Shown here piece by piece: positions 25,689 through 40,600 of a stretch of DNA of 64,000 nucleotides. The DNA is taken from contig OZ004607.1 in assembly GCA_963924565.1 (NCBI GenBank), positions 30,690,001-30,754,000 on the forward strand, in the 5' to 3' direction. The position numbers and the translations under genes were made by a program. The stretch comes from Ascidiella aspersa. Lineage: Eukaryota. The notes beneath the pieces were generated by a model, which worked only from the letters and a program-made list of their open reading frames with translations, ran no database searches and had not been told where the DNA came from. How positions within the stretch are numbered: the first letter of the stretch is position 1; each line of letters opens with the position of its first letter.

Positions 25689-28600
25689 CTAAGGAATGAC
25701 TATGCGCGAGGTGTCCACTGTTGCCTTGATAAAGAGCGCATTGCCTTTCAAGTAGCTGTGATCCTTTAGCTCTTTGTGCGCGACGAACTTAGGGTAGCCG
25801 AATCCCAGGTTCGAGTCTTCGCCTCCATTTCCGCTGTCAGCCTTTGGCTGCTGGAAGTTCTTCCAAGCGGGATCGGGGGTGAAACGCACGCTGATGTGGC
25901 TTCGTTTGGACGAGAGAGGGTCACCCTGGTCCAGTACGTTGAAGGTGATGTCGTGCGCGAAAGGCCACTCTAGCAGACTGTCGTAATCGCCCGGCAGCAC
26001 ACGAATGTAGAGGGACAGGTGAGTGCCCAGGCCGCTGCCGTTGCCGTTCAGGAAGGCGGAGAGCTGCAGCTTGTAGCCGTATCTGTTCAAAAGTAGCGAC
26101 GTTATTGAATTACTTGGGCTAGTTTACTCGGCTGCTTGACGGATGACCGGCCAGGTTTGGAAACCAAGATAAGGTGTATTTTGTGCTAAAGCAAACATGT
26201 CGCGTAAGAATACTTTGAGAATTTGAGAGGGACGGTCGCTCTTGATTACTCTAGGAATTTGTTGTATTGAAAGTGGTTGAGCAAAAAAAGAACAAAAAAA
26301 ACTAGAAAAAAATTAATCCATAGAAACATTAACAAAATACAGCGAAAGTCTAGATAACATTATAAATGAAATAATCAGTGATATTCCTAAAAAATATGTT
26401 TATAATCTGTTGTGCGTACCTGTGCGTATAAAAGGGTGGGCTGCGCACTTCGATTGCCTGCTCGTCTTTGGCCACTTGGAGGCGCCGCGAGTAGTCGTCG
26501 ATCTTCCACAGGAGGGCTCCACGGTGGTTGACGCTCAATTCGCTGACCTGACGCTGCAGCTCGGCGATTTGCGTCTTCTGGGTGCGCACGAGATCGAACA
26601 TGCTGCGCACGTGGACGGTGCTCGAATCCGCAAGGTGGCGGTCGAGATGGTAGCGCGGACACTGCAAAAAAACAACAAAGATTTGTTTTCATGTTTCAGT
26701 AGCAACAAAACTTTGCGTTAAACTCTACGAAATTCCGACTTTAAAGGCTAAGTTGGCGTTCCGAGACTTTAAGTCTCGGCGTGAAGTTTTACGCTTCGCC
26801 AATTAAAAATTGAAAACTAAAAACAAAAACGAACACTTGTTGAGAAGATAAACCTGAACATTGCAGCAGATAAAACCAAAAGGCAGCGCATTTTTAACAG
26901 GAACCGAGTCGAAACGAATGCAGGCAACTTTCGCATTCCGGGGGCGACGAGACAGATCGGGCTAAAGCGGGTGGTTTAACGCGTCGCCAAGCAGCAAAGC
27001 CTTCACCACAAACACTGGCTTCCGGGTGAGACTTTAAATGGACGCCTCGCCCGAAAGTAGCGCTGAAGTTTAACCGCGACAACGCTTGTAGTAAGCACAA
27101 CTCCTTTCCCGTCTAGGGGTAACGCCGTTGGGTCCACTCGAATGGTTTTAGCTACATACAGAAAGTATTAAGCTTGGGGCGGTCACTACGCGGAATTAAT
27201 TAAAATGTCATGGCTTAAAAGATTAAAATTATTATTTTAAACGACCAATGTAATTGCAAATTGGCTTAAAAGAAAAACTGTTATTTTTAATGCCAAATTT
27301 AATGCAAAATGGCTTAAAACATTGTTCTAGCCAACCCCCGGGTAAATATGCATTTTCGTATTTTCCGTTTTCAATAAACTGCCGAGGTTAGCACTGAACA
27401 CAGTAAGGCTTTAGGAAGTGGATCCCCATTCGAAGGACCTTTTTAAAAAAAGCTTTTGTCAGTTAAACTCGATTGAAATCTTTATTTATTCCCCCCAAAA
27501 TGGCATGATTTAATCAAAGTATCTTAAAGATAGGACACCTAGTACCTTAGTTGAAACCAATGCGACATTTGAACTTGAACGCCACCAATATCTGGAAACA
27601 CTGAGTTGGAAACTCTGCAGAAACAAGCCTTTCGATTTACTAATGGCTCCTTTGTCGGTGGCTGCCTATATGGGCTTCTTATCGTTACACTTTACGCGAC
27701 GCGTGCGTCATTCGGTCTGTGTCATTGGTCGGCCACGCACTAGTACCTCGGTGAGATGCGGGGGCGTCACAAGCCTGAGACACCCCCCATGCGACAGCAC
27801 ATTCCTGGCTATTTTGGGTCGAAAAACGCGTTTTATCTATTGGCCAAGGTTCAAAATCGACAGCGAACAGCTGGGACCAAAATATTTTGTACTGAGAAAA
27901 TATTTGTTTTGGTGAGCATGCATATTTCGGGGAGAAGTTAACAAGGTCTTGAATGAATTGCGCACTTAATTTAGTAGGAAATGTTACGAAAAAGGAACAA
28001 AACCTAAGTCACATAGTTTTTTCTTGTTTCAGGATTTTCTAATCTTTATACACTTTGTTCAATTTTTCTTGCCCAATCTTTAAAGAATATGCAAGAAGCA
28101 TATAAGATGGTGTGCTAGATGTGTGGTCTTATGACATTTATGCGAACACGCATCGTTGCCTTGAAAAAGGGCGGATTCAGTCCCCTGGTGGTTTCTAGTT
28201 GACGCACTTTTTTTACGGAAAACCAGTCTCGACTGTTTATGGAGGTGATTGTCTGTAACCTATTCGTCATCGGGCGTTCAACTCTTGATCGCCACAGCGC
28301 GATAAACGATGACGTCAGAACTAAAGGAAGATAACTAAAGTTTTACTCAAAATCGTCGTTTTTAAGTCACGCTGTCATTTCCCAGTCACAACGCCGTGTC
28401 AATATCTGTGTAAAACCGGAAAACCAGTATGAGAACGTCAGGGAAAAAGTAAGGATAAGAGGACATATGTTCGCGTATGTTTTGTGACGATTAACAACAG
28501 CCAACAATGAGCCTCCGGCAGTTTAAAGGTTGTGGTACCTTGTATTTGCTCAACTTGCGTTGACGCCCATCGCCCGCTTTTCAATTACGCAATTGTCAAT

Positions 28601-31600
28601 ATGACTGCTGGAGCATAACTCCGCACTATTTCGCCTGCTGTTCAATCAAATTCCACATTCCCAACGCCCATCGCGGAGTTTTGTTTTTCGCGTTACGCTG
28701 TTTTGTGTATAGCAACGAGGCACTTTGAGAAAAAAGGAACACGCCCCGTTTTAAGTACGCAATCGAACCGGTACCAACACAATGCGAACTAGGATTTCGG
28801 TTGCCAAATCAGTAGTCCGCCACTACTTCTGTAGTAACACATAGTTCTAGGACAAGAAACCATACTAGATGGCCAACATTGTTAGCACACAATCAAGAAC
28901 AGTCTCAAAAAGTAGAACGGGTTTCCCTGCCAATTTGACCACGTTTAAGATGAATGGGTACTTGTGTATGGGTTTTGATTTTCTTTCACGACAAACTACA
29001 ATCTCCAGCTATTGCGCACCGTAGGAAAAGGTTCAGGAGAAACAATCTAATAAACCGCAACGAAACTTTCTCACCCATTTGTGCTAACATTTCTAAATTA
29101 CACAGTTGTTCGAGTGTATGTATATGCGTGCGTGCCTGCAAGTGTGTAAATCTTCTTTGTAAATGCGTGTGTACGTTGTGCTTCGTCATACCTTATGTTT
29201 GCATCCGGCCTCTTTGAAGGGGCAGGCGGTGAGCGCCGACTTGCAGTGCTCCTTCAGGTGAACTTCGAGCTCTTCGCGGGGAATTTTCATGACGTCACAG
29301 CGGTTGGGGCAGCCGATCGGGTAGCGGGGGCAGTTACCCAGGTGGGTCTGGAGATGACAGCGTTACATTAGATTATACTACGACTTGACAATAATAATGA
29401 AATCAAATTCCAGTTATAAATGTTTGAATAAATCCCCTTTCAAACTTCAGTAATTGGGTTAAAAGCAGACAATGTGGTGACGAAGCTCGCTTTGTGATTT
29501 TTTTGACTTAGTGGCGCTTAACTTAATAACAACTTAAGCACATAAACTTTGTAAAAATGGTTGATGGATCACGTAATACTTAAGGTTATAATTGTAAGTG
29601 CCTTGGTTGCTTATTAATTTTAGTTGTTGTCAAGTTTGTAAAGTTAAAAAATAAATTGTTTTAGAAGCAAAACATAACACACCCGTGCAGAAAACAACAA
29701 CACACGGCAGCAATGGTAGCAATGGTGCACGTGCACCATTTACCATATATCCGTAAACACGTAAAGAAAAACGATCACCCACCTGTAATATGTCGTAGTT
29801 GAAGTCGGTGGCGCAGTACGTGCACTTGGTGGCTCGCTTGGGACAGTCGCCTGTGGTGTGTCGGTTGAGGTACTTGCGCAGCATCTTGGCGCCACACTTG
29901 TTCTCGCAGTGAACGCTCTCCTGCGGGCAAGCGCCCTCGTGGTCTTCCATCTGAAAACGAACAATTTTAATTTTGATTTTTTGACAAGACCGAGCTTCGA
30001 GTACAGTGTCCGAGACGCCGTGGCCGTGTATGTATATAGTTCGCCAGCCAAGTTTAACAATAACCTTTGGTGACTTTTGTGATTCTTAGTTTAGTTTCTG
30101 AATTTCCCTCTTTGAATCAGGGGTGTAAGGTAACCCAGCAAAAATTAATCAAGATACGAGACTTGTGATGCACAATAATATATCAAGTCGATTTTTAGTT
30201 ATAAAGCCACAAATTGTTTAATGGAAGGTGTTAATTATGAAATATATCTTTTTAAATAAAATGTTAAATTCGCATAGTAACTGTATTTAAGTTAATTAAC
30301 AAAAAACAGTTCTTCAGAGTATTCGGATTAGATATATCGCATTCCTTCTACACTAACATCGTATTCGAACAGCCGAGCCTTGCGCCGTTTTATTCATACC
30401 CTATTTTCATTACTTTTTCAGCCGTAGAGGGTTGCGTGAAATAAGCCTCTCACCTGTTCGCCGTTGAAGTCCTTGTTGCAGAAGTTGCAGGTGACGCGTC
30501 GCTTCAAGCATTCGTACTCGAGGTGGTCGGCCAGCTTCATGGTGCGAACTCTGACCCCACATCGGTTCGGGCAGTCGCGCTCGCTGTGGCTGCACTTGTC
30601 CTGATGCGCCTGCAAATGGTGAGAGTTGAGATTAAACCAAGATATACGGGACTTTTGGGCTTGCGAATGGTGGGAAATGAGAGGTAGCTCGAGATGTACG
30701 GGACTTTTGGGCTTGGTGTTTAAGGTTGTTGTAAGACGTAAGAATCAGTACCTCGGAACCATGCAGTTGTTAGTCAAAATGTCATCTTACTTTCACAAAG
30801 CCGATTTTATCTTTTGTGTTTTACTCAGTTTTAGTCTTAAGTCTTCAATAAAGTTCCTTCTTAACCAGCAGTAACGTTCGCTTCTAAACAAGATAATTTT
30901 AACCTTTCCAAAGTATAAGCTATACAAATGTTTAAGTATAACCTTTTTTTTGTAGTTAATGGTTCACGCCTAAAATGGCTAATTTGATGTCGAATTTATA
31001 ATATTGTTCTTCATTTGGTGCGATAAACTTTCAATATCCTTCTTAAGCGTTTTAAACTCGAAAACCGTTTTTTCTCACCTTGAGATTGTGAAGCTTTCCG
31101 GTCCACTTGCACCCGGAAGGGAAGTTGTTGCAGTGAGTGGTCAACGACATTATTTCGCTCTCAAGATCGGGGTCAGGGTAGATCTGTGGAAATAAAACAT
31201 GGTGTTTAAAACGCTGTGCTTTTGTTGTTTTCCAGAAAGATATATTTTTTTTCTGCTTCGAATTATTTTGCAACTAAAAGTCACCTTCTTAAAGTTTGAT
31301 GCTTTATTTTAAATCTGCATTAATTTGGGTTGGATGTAATACATACAAAAGACAAGCGATCAAACATGACTTGTAGAATTCAAACTAGCACCCCACTTGG
31401 CCAAACGAACAAGAAATTGTCATATAAAACATTAAAAAAACATGTCGGCCACTTCTGTGCCTTGGCCATGACATTGGAAAATTAAATCCGGGCCCTCATG
31501 TATGTCGAAAATGCGCCGATGCGCAATTTCACGGCTCTTAGCGTTTCGGTCGCTCTGCAAATGGCGCCCATTACCCTTGCAGCGTGTACGCGTGGCCTTC

Positions 31601-34600
31601 GACGGGGAAATTTTTGACAGTAATCGCGCGCACACGTCAATCAAACGGGCCCATTCGTCCTTTTAGCTTCTAGTCGATCCCGGTGAGAGCTTTTCGCGAC
31701 GCTGACAACTGTCGTGGCTGCTGCTGTCGAACCGATAAAGAGCCGAGTTCGATTCGCCAAGGTATTCAAGCCTATTTGCGCAACACGCGTAAACTAATGC
31801 TTAACGAGGGCGCTTCTCCTTCCCCTACTTGGCCACATCTGTGCTTAGTTCAATCACGTGGCTATACAGCCGATTGCAAAGCGTAGGAGCCGGTAAAGAC
31901 GCCTTATAAACGACGTATGACGATCCGGTTGAAAGCATTATATTTCCGGAAAAATATGATTTGTGCATTTTAAACTTTAGTTGGTTAAGGCCATTTACAA
32001 ACTAATTTTTAGGCTTGAGTTTGGTTACTTATTACACCTTTTTTCAGTTGAAATCGCGGTTCAGAGAACGACAAACCAATCAATTTTTAAAGTGCTTTAG
32101 TTTCCAGGATTTTTATAGCCTAATGGTGAGGAACATTGTTTTCATGATGGCGTTGGCGTCTAAAAGATATAAATTATTATGTAGGTTTAGGACTTCCTTG
32201 ACCTAAATAAACCTTGTGTTGCTAAAATCTAATTAAACTATACGCCACGACCTTGCTAACCCTGTTTACAAAATTAAAAAAATGTGTTATAAACATGAAA
32301 CACGGTGTGTCGTGCTCATTCACCGGAACACAAGCGTAAATGCGATTTGGCCGCGAGATCAAAGCTTGTTTATCCGCTGACCAGTCTGCTATGCACGACG
32401 TTTAATTATATTCGCGATCGACCTTCTAAAATAAATGAGGTTCAGGCGCCGTTGTTTACAGGAAGCATACGGCGCCCAACCTTCGAGTCCGAATCGAACT
32501 GCCGCTTATAAATAAACAGGGCGCGCGGCCGGCTTTGATATCCGAGACCTAGCATTTTGATATCCGAGACCTAGCAAAGCGGTGGGAAACAAAAATCGAA
32601 AAAAGGCGAACGGCGCTAATCGGCGACAAACGAGATCGCGAAACGGCGGTCGTCGCATTGGACGCGTTCCATCAACGACGAGTAAATATTTGCACAATTG
32701 ACCGCTCGATAGGCACCTGTCGCAGTCTTGCCACTGAAAATGAAGGACGCCACAAAGCGCTGTATACGATCTATCGAACAGTGGTTCTAAACCTTTGGTA
32801 ACCTGTCGAACCCCTATGTTATTCTGCAAGCGTTTGTCGAACTCAAAATTTTCGCTCAGTTCTCCTGTTAGCTGAAACTGGGCATAATCAAATTATAAAC
32901 TTGCATTTATATAGGTTGAATTGGCCAAACTTTTAATTTATAACGTTACATGACACCTTTCTAGACCCATCCAGAGCATAAACAAACGTGCATACATGGA
33001 ATTTCTAAGTTCATCAATAGATTAACGAGTGTCTTACGATGGCATTGCTTTTCGCAGATTGTAATTTTTCGAAACGTTGTATGTGGCGATATTTCCCAAC
33101 TTTATTCTATGTATGTTTTATCGCGTTACAAACGTTTAAACCTGGCGTTTATTTGTCCAAAATGCTCAAAAGGGTAACAAGTTATTCTTTGCAGATTTTT
33201 ACTATTCCGAACGACATCTGGTAATACTGTATTTTTGTAATTAATTTGCTATTTTTATTTTATCATGAGGTCGCATGCAAGTCTCCTTCAGTCATACGTC
33301 GACCAATATCCTTATAAAGTACTGTGTGTAATTGTTTATCACATATTTAAATCAATGTTATCGAGCACCAATGGGGGATTTTGAGCCGAATTACGCATTT
33401 AGCGTTCAGCACGATTCTCACAATTAACATTAGTGCGAAGTTCACACGGCTTATCGCGATTTTGGGGTTCGCCTCGGTTCCATTAATAAGGCTGAGGTCT
33501 GGAGCCCGTGCGATTTTCTCACGGCCAGAAACTAGATCGAACAAGACTTGAACGCGTTTTTCCGGTTTAGCGAACTTGCGCCGAGCGCTTCAAGTTTGCA
33601 TCGGGGCGCATTAAACGGGCGAGGTTCGGAGTCGGAAGATGGTTATCGCGAGATTGCGGCGTTGTATTGCATCAACGCGACGTCGCCCTGGCTCCATTTG
33701 AAATTGCGTAACCGACAGTTTGCGGCGAGTTGGCGCTGTATCAAGTGTAACGCATACGAGTCGAAAGTATTGCGCGACTGTGAAGAAACGGGGTATCTCG
33801 GTTGATCGTTTTTGCGCTGATGGTGAAACATCAGATTCGGAGATGCACTTATTTAATCTGTCTTGATCATTTTCGCACGCGTCTGCAAAACAGTCGTTTC
33901 CGCAACTGCCTCTGTCATTTTGATATTGGGAAAACATCGAATCAAGTTTTCAATTTCGTTTTTTTAGGTCTTGAAGAGCAAAGATTAATTTAATTTAAGA
34001 CAAACGATCAGCTTTAATGACCCAAAGCTGTACTTTTTTTACCGGAAAAATGTACCTATATTCTTTACTTAGCATTTAATGAATTAACTTTTCTTGACTT
34101 AAATTTTCTGGACAAATGACTCGACTTGACTTAAGTCTTTTGGAAAAATGACTTGGGTTGAAATGCAATGTTTTGGTCAAGGAATTTTGTTTTGGTTATT
34201 TATCTTAATTCTTGCATATAAAACAAACGAATGACTTAACTGGGACTTAGGTCCTCTCAAAATGACTTGTTCACAATACTGCATTCTATCTCGTAAATCT
34301 CAATTGGTCACGATAAGTTTTTAACGCGCCAGTGTAACGTAAAACGGTGCTTAGTGTTGTAAATAGAAACCAAATTAAACCGAAACTTGAAGCACAGAAT
34401 AGGTTCGAAAGATCGGGTCGTCTCAATATCAGAGAAAACTACCACCTTCTTAAGCCCCTACAAGCTGCAAAAACTTGCAGAGCTTCTTTTCCCACCAGAA
34501 ACCCAAAACACGCGCCGCCACGGGACAACGCCTCGCAGCCGATTCCCAAGTTTGGCGTCTGCCTTAAAACAAAGGCGACCCAACGCGAAATCCGAATGTT

Positions 34601-37600
34601 TCTGTCGGCCACGCGATACACCGGACCCTCTAATAGCGCGCGCATCGCTGAACGCATGCAAGTACGGTTTCCTCCGACGCTGGTCGACATCGGTTAGCGG
34701 TAAACTAAGAAGAACGACAACAAAAAGAACGGCCATGTCGATTAAACTTAAAGTTTGATAAGTAACTTTAAGTGTTTTTTTTGATATATTTTTTTTTTTT
34801 TGATAAGTCTAAATCATGTTATAGTATTGACTTATTTCAAAACAGCACTGTTGGATGATTACTAAACGTGTGACGTTGGGGTTTCTCGCACGCGTTACAA
34901 AGGTGGTTGTGACGTCATCAAAAGGCAGGGGAGCTGTTTTTGCAGCTAGGCGCAATAGTGTTACCTCGTTACCTTTGGCAAGCACCCAAGCCTCCTCAAT
35001 TGCAAAAACTTACGGTAAAACATCTACCTAAATACTATATCGCACAAACGACGTTACGCCATACAAAACGTTTCTGGGAAATCTTACCCATCTGTGGTGC
35101 AACGCCATCATAAAACCGGGCAAGAAATCTGTGAGAAACCCTGTCGACCAGCCTACGCCGCTCCGCCAGACTGCCAAAGCGGAATTTGAGCGACTATAAT
35201 GGCACGGTAGCTGCTGGCCGGCACAAGGTCAGGCTTATGTAAGCTGGCGGAACGAGACAGCGGGACCCTGATCGTCTTTCAGCGGATATTTAAAAGGGCG
35301 GCCTTACCCTTTAGCGTGTTGGGCAAAGCAGTTACTTAGGCGCTAAGAGGGTAAGCACTATCAGAGTTAGCTTGACCTTTAAACTTAATTGTGTCTTTTT
35401 TAAGTTGTGGAGCCTACGTTTCGGTGTGCCCTGGACTATTTCAACCAAAGTTCACCAGCGCAAAAATAGGGAAAGATAAATGACCACAACACGAATTACT
35501 TTGCAGCAACGAGTCTGTTTTTTTTAGGCATTTTGGAGTTCTTCGTCTTTAACGGCGATTTGGCATACAATATATCGCGCCACAAAACGAAGATGAAATT
35601 TAAGAGTCTATTTACTTACCTTGGCGTAGTCCAACGAAAGATGGTCGACTGGACAGTTGAAAATTCCCTCACTGCAAATACATGAAATACAAAGTTATGT
35701 TTTATCTAAAGCAAGGCTTTTTTAGCTTTTGTAAATGGTGCGTAAACATACAAAAAAATGTTAATAGGTGCATACATAGCGCTAAATGTAGGTGGCTCAA
35801 AACTTTTAATGTAGGTTATAAATAAAAATTATAAAAGACACGTTGCGAAATGACACCGAAAACGCTTGACGGACAGGTGCGACGCGTGTCACGTGATGTA
35901 AAACGTGCCCAGACACGCCCGATATTATTTATGGCCTTGGTGCACGTGTCAAAGGTAATATGGTTACGGTAACAGGTGCTATGGAGGAAACAAAATGCCA
36001 TTTCGTCGAAATTTCGCATTACACAAATAAATTAGGTCTAGTTTTGTAAAAAGAGTTTTGTAAAATTTTTCCCGATCAAATTATAGATTTTAAACGTATA
36101 AATGTGAAAGTTAAATGCGAAATTGGGATAACTCGCAAAACGTGTATTTCCTAATTATTATAAAATCAACGGCATTAGCAGAATGAAAAGTGACGAAACA
36201 AAGAAATTTGAAAAGTTTCCAAGACTCCCAATCAGTGTCAAAACGAAACAATTGCTTGTGCACGTAACCCTGACGGAGTGCTAACTTGGCAAGGGCTGAA
36301 GTTGTTCGAACGCGTTAATTGACGTGACAAAGGTGCTCAAAAACTGTCGAGGGGAAGGTTAAGCCGCAAAGAATGCCTGGTGCCATGCGCTCCACCCAAA
36401 CAAACACAACCGACTGCTAATTGCACCGCAAGGGGCCCATAAAAAAAATTTCTAAAGGTGGAGGACAAAATGTTTTAGCTGCGCTGTATTATATTTAACG
36501 TGGAATGCAGAAAAACACTTTTCGCGCCCAATACAGTTAATTTATTCACGCATACTAACACTGTATTGACCTATGTATATATGACAAAAAGAAATGGCCA
36601 GGTTGTTGCATTTCAATCTTACATAATGGGCAAAATTTAAGGTACTACAAAAGCAGTATCTTACTGTAGCGATCAGTGACAATGTACAAAAAGGTAACAA
36701 ATCAAAGTCGAAAAAACAGGCGTAGAATAGACCCCCCTAGAACCACCAACTTATAAATTCCCTGGCGACGCGCCCGAAAGACACCAGCGACATTCTCCTT
36801 AATCAATATTTCGCTTCAGATTAAACACAAGGCAACCTCGCTAATGAGCGTCATCGAATAACTTGGAACACTTGACCCTGAACAAGCGGCCTCCAGTGGC
36901 CCTGGTGAGTCAGGCTTGTGGGCCCAAGGACTGGTGAGTAACGCCGCATCGCCGAAAGGTCTCATCATGGCGATGACGAACAAGGATTTCGTGTCCGACC
37001 GGTTTGGGATTTTGGTTCATTATTTTGGATTTTTTTCAACCCGAGCGCAATAACATGTTTTGTACCTCAGCGCGCTCGGCCTGAGGAATAACCGCGATGT
37101 TCGCATTTTGGTGGATATATAGTTTATATGTGAAACTTGCAGTCGGTTGCACTTTTTTCTTAAACGAATCAGGTTATTAGATCTGTACCTTGACTTAGAT
37201 AACCGGTAAATTTTATCAGCGTCCTAGCTTTTAAACATAACAAAAATGTAATATTGGAATGTAGTTTAAATGATATTTTCAACATGACTGCTTGGTTAAG
37301 CGATTGTATGTAATAACACTGCAAGAGTTAATTATGAAAGATTATAAAAATTAAGAAAATTCAAGTTGCATGGCTCACAAAGTTAAGTAAGTCCCGAAAC
37401 AACCCTTTAACTCCACGACGACAACAACCTCATAAGCAGCCGCACTGCTGGTAAGCCTACAGCCGCCGTTGGACTTTTTCTACCTGCGGGCATTGGTACA
37501 GTGATAGTATGCGAAATCAACAAGTGCCTTAGCCGAGATTCCCATCTGAACAGTCAGCCAAAACCAGCAACCTGTCACTCGCATCTCGTAAAGCGTCCGT

Positions 37601-40600
37601 CGGGCGCGACTTTAAATCCGATCAGTCGACGCGGATCCGCGAACGGAGGCGCTATACGCACGTCGAGTGACGTACGGCAAATACGCGGACACCCGCAAAC
37701 GCAAACGCAAAGGCCAAAGCCTCGGTCTCCTGGCTAAACGGGATTGGACATGTCGCTAATCCCAAAACAAAGCGAAAATGGCAACTTTGCGACGTATTTG
37801 TGGCTGCTTATCGCTTATTGCTTTAAGCTCTCGCGCGCGCGGCGTTTTCAATTAGAGCTAAGCAGTAACAACACATGTCGCCGTTCGGTGAATGTATGAG
37901 TGAAGGATATTCAATGAACCGTGAAGGACAACTTACAATCTCAGTCGCAATCTTCTACAAAATCTGAAAATCAGGTAGCACTGTTGAACGACAGATGGCT
38001 TTATAATATTGACAAGCTTTTTCACAACCGTGCTTTGTTAGGTAAAGCAAGGGTTCTTACCTTGTACCACCTGGTTATCAGATGTAGATTTAGACAAATA
38101 CAGCTATCAACAAAGATATTCCAATATAGGTTACTTCAAATAAAACTGTACATCTGTCTGTTTAATACAACTTAACACTAAGCATGGCTCTCAAAACCTA
38201 TAGCAGAGTATCATAGAATAAACTGCACTAATTACACCGAAATTCTTTCTCTGCCTAGCCAAAGTGCTTTGGAAGATTTCTTCTACCGCGTGGAACCTTC
38301 TGTTCGGCGCTCACCCCTAATTGAGAACGGTCGGTGGAGCCAAAAATCGCCACCTCGGACATCCTCTCACCGGCGCTCAATCCACAATCAGAGATCAAGT
38401 TGCCAAAGCGCGTCAATCAGACGAACAGGTGGCGGCGAAAATGGCCACCTTGTCGCTCTATTCCCGTAACCGGGCTTGGCACGTTCTTGTTTGAGGTGGC
38501 TTGCCGTAGCGATAATACGGCAAAGCTACATTCCGACACTGGGTAGAGGCGAACGCCAACATGTGGCAATTATTGAGCGATTTTTTATTTCCTTGGCCGG
38601 GTTTTGACATGGATGCTTTATAGTTTTACTGGTTGACTTTGAACGTATAGTTTTGCGCGCCTAAAGGGAAATATACTGCATTAAAAAGCTACTCCAAATG
38701 TATGTATTGTATAATTTCCCATATTTTACCAGTTCAACATAAAGAGAAGGGAACATACTTTCAAACAAAACTTCCTCTTGTTTATCTTTAAAGATTCTGG
38801 TTGTATATTTGTTCATCCATAACAGAGCCATAGCTTTCAATAAGTCGCGTTTTTGGTGAAGTACGCTATCCATTAAGAGCCCTTATCTGCCATTATTTTC
38901 GTTCAATTTAACCGTTTTAAACGTGACATATGCTATCCGCTAACATCCATAGTTTGACATGATACTTCATCAAGCAGCAATAGTTTTAGGTGATAAATGG
39001 AAAGTGTCAATCGCAAAGATAGACTTGTAAGCAACGTCTTGTTACCGTATAAGGGAGAGCCGCAAAATCGCAATCTGATCAAAGATCAGCTCGATTAAAC
39101 CACAGGTTCACGAATAAGCCATGTGCGGCCAATAAATTGCACCTGCCGTAGCCCGCGTTACACGTCAAAGGCGATCTATAAAGGCAAAGGGACTCTTGCC
39201 TTTCTTGCCGAAGCTCAGAGTGTTGCTTCTCTATACACTGAACCGCTTTCCAGGCACCCAATAAAGTAGGGTTTGCCCAATTTGCCCGATCAAATTACTG
39301 TTATGTCGATTCGATGTGACGATATCGTGTGTAGAGCGTACATGACAATCTATGGCCGTGGATGCGGTCTATTGAACGTCAAAAAATAAGGAAAACAACA
39401 ATAACGAGGGAAAACAAGAACGAAAAGGAAAATCACGTCCAGTGCTAGGTTTTGTTACCTGTTTCAAACCGACCAATCTAGTTGGTTAAACGACAATAGG
39501 TGCTTTTGTTTGTTTACATGAACGATTACTATGCCCAATTTCGGGCTCGATTCGTTGCGCGGGAAACGGTTTCCACCGGCTGGGCGCCTGCCAGACGTTG
39601 CCGTACTTGGACCCTTTGACCAACGTTAACCTGGAAGATAGCACTTACGAAAATCGGCACTGGGCCTAAAGTTGTTCGGCGGTAATGGGTTTTATTGGCA
39701 ATCATTTCGGGCAGAAATTCTAGAGCTCGCGCATGCACTTGAGGTAAAACGACCAGAGCATTGTAATGCGCACAAGCGGAAAGCTACACGGGTTTCAGGG
39801 GTTGCCAATTTAGGTAGAGTAGGCTTTGCAAAATTGGACCACACTCCATTGTAATGTAAGACGGACAGTCGGTGCTATTCACCGATAATGGTTGGACAAG
39901 TTTGTGTATAAAGCATTTGTTGAATGTTTTATTGTGGATATGTAAGATTTAAAAACATATATGCACGCTCGTTTAAATAGATTTACTTTAGTGAATGAAT
40001 AATGCGCTGCGGTTAAAATGCTCATATATTCACATTAATGAACAGATGATTTATTGACACTAAGCCGAAAATAGGGGTGTTGGGTGAGCAATATTTAAAC
40101 CTTAGCGCTTATAGCGGTGACATCACTAGCAGCAGAAGCACCAATAGCAGCAGATTATGCAGTGGTGGGAAGGCGATAATTACAAAATCACGAAGCCAAG
40201 GGCCACTTGAAATATGCCCGACGAATACACAAGGAATTCCGACGCGCCACTTAACGTCGGGCGATTGGAAGACCGCTTTTCGTAGCGAACGGGAAACCGG
40301 CTTCGCTTCTGAATTCGAGCAAAGTCCGACAGAACGGAGTCGGTCTGGTCTTCATTGAGATAATTGGCTTCAAATAAGCTCGGCACTCGCTTCTCTTTGT
40401 CAAGCTTAATGAAGTATTTGGACTTAAAAGTAACCGATCGATCAAAAAAGTGGTTGGAGGTAACACAGGCTGTTTAGAACCATACTGGTTGATAATTTGT
40501 TGAATGATTTAAAAACAGCAAACAATAAGCTTTTCCTCTAAATGTAAAAGCCTTTCTCATGAGCTTTGCTTCTATCAGCAGTTTCTCGCGGGTTTCTTTC

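Noticed and set aside
33548-33937. Several 60-110-aa ORFs in TRAF4 intron 2
   Set aside because: No recognisable domain or convincing splice context; such ORFs are expected in CpG-rich non-coding DNA.
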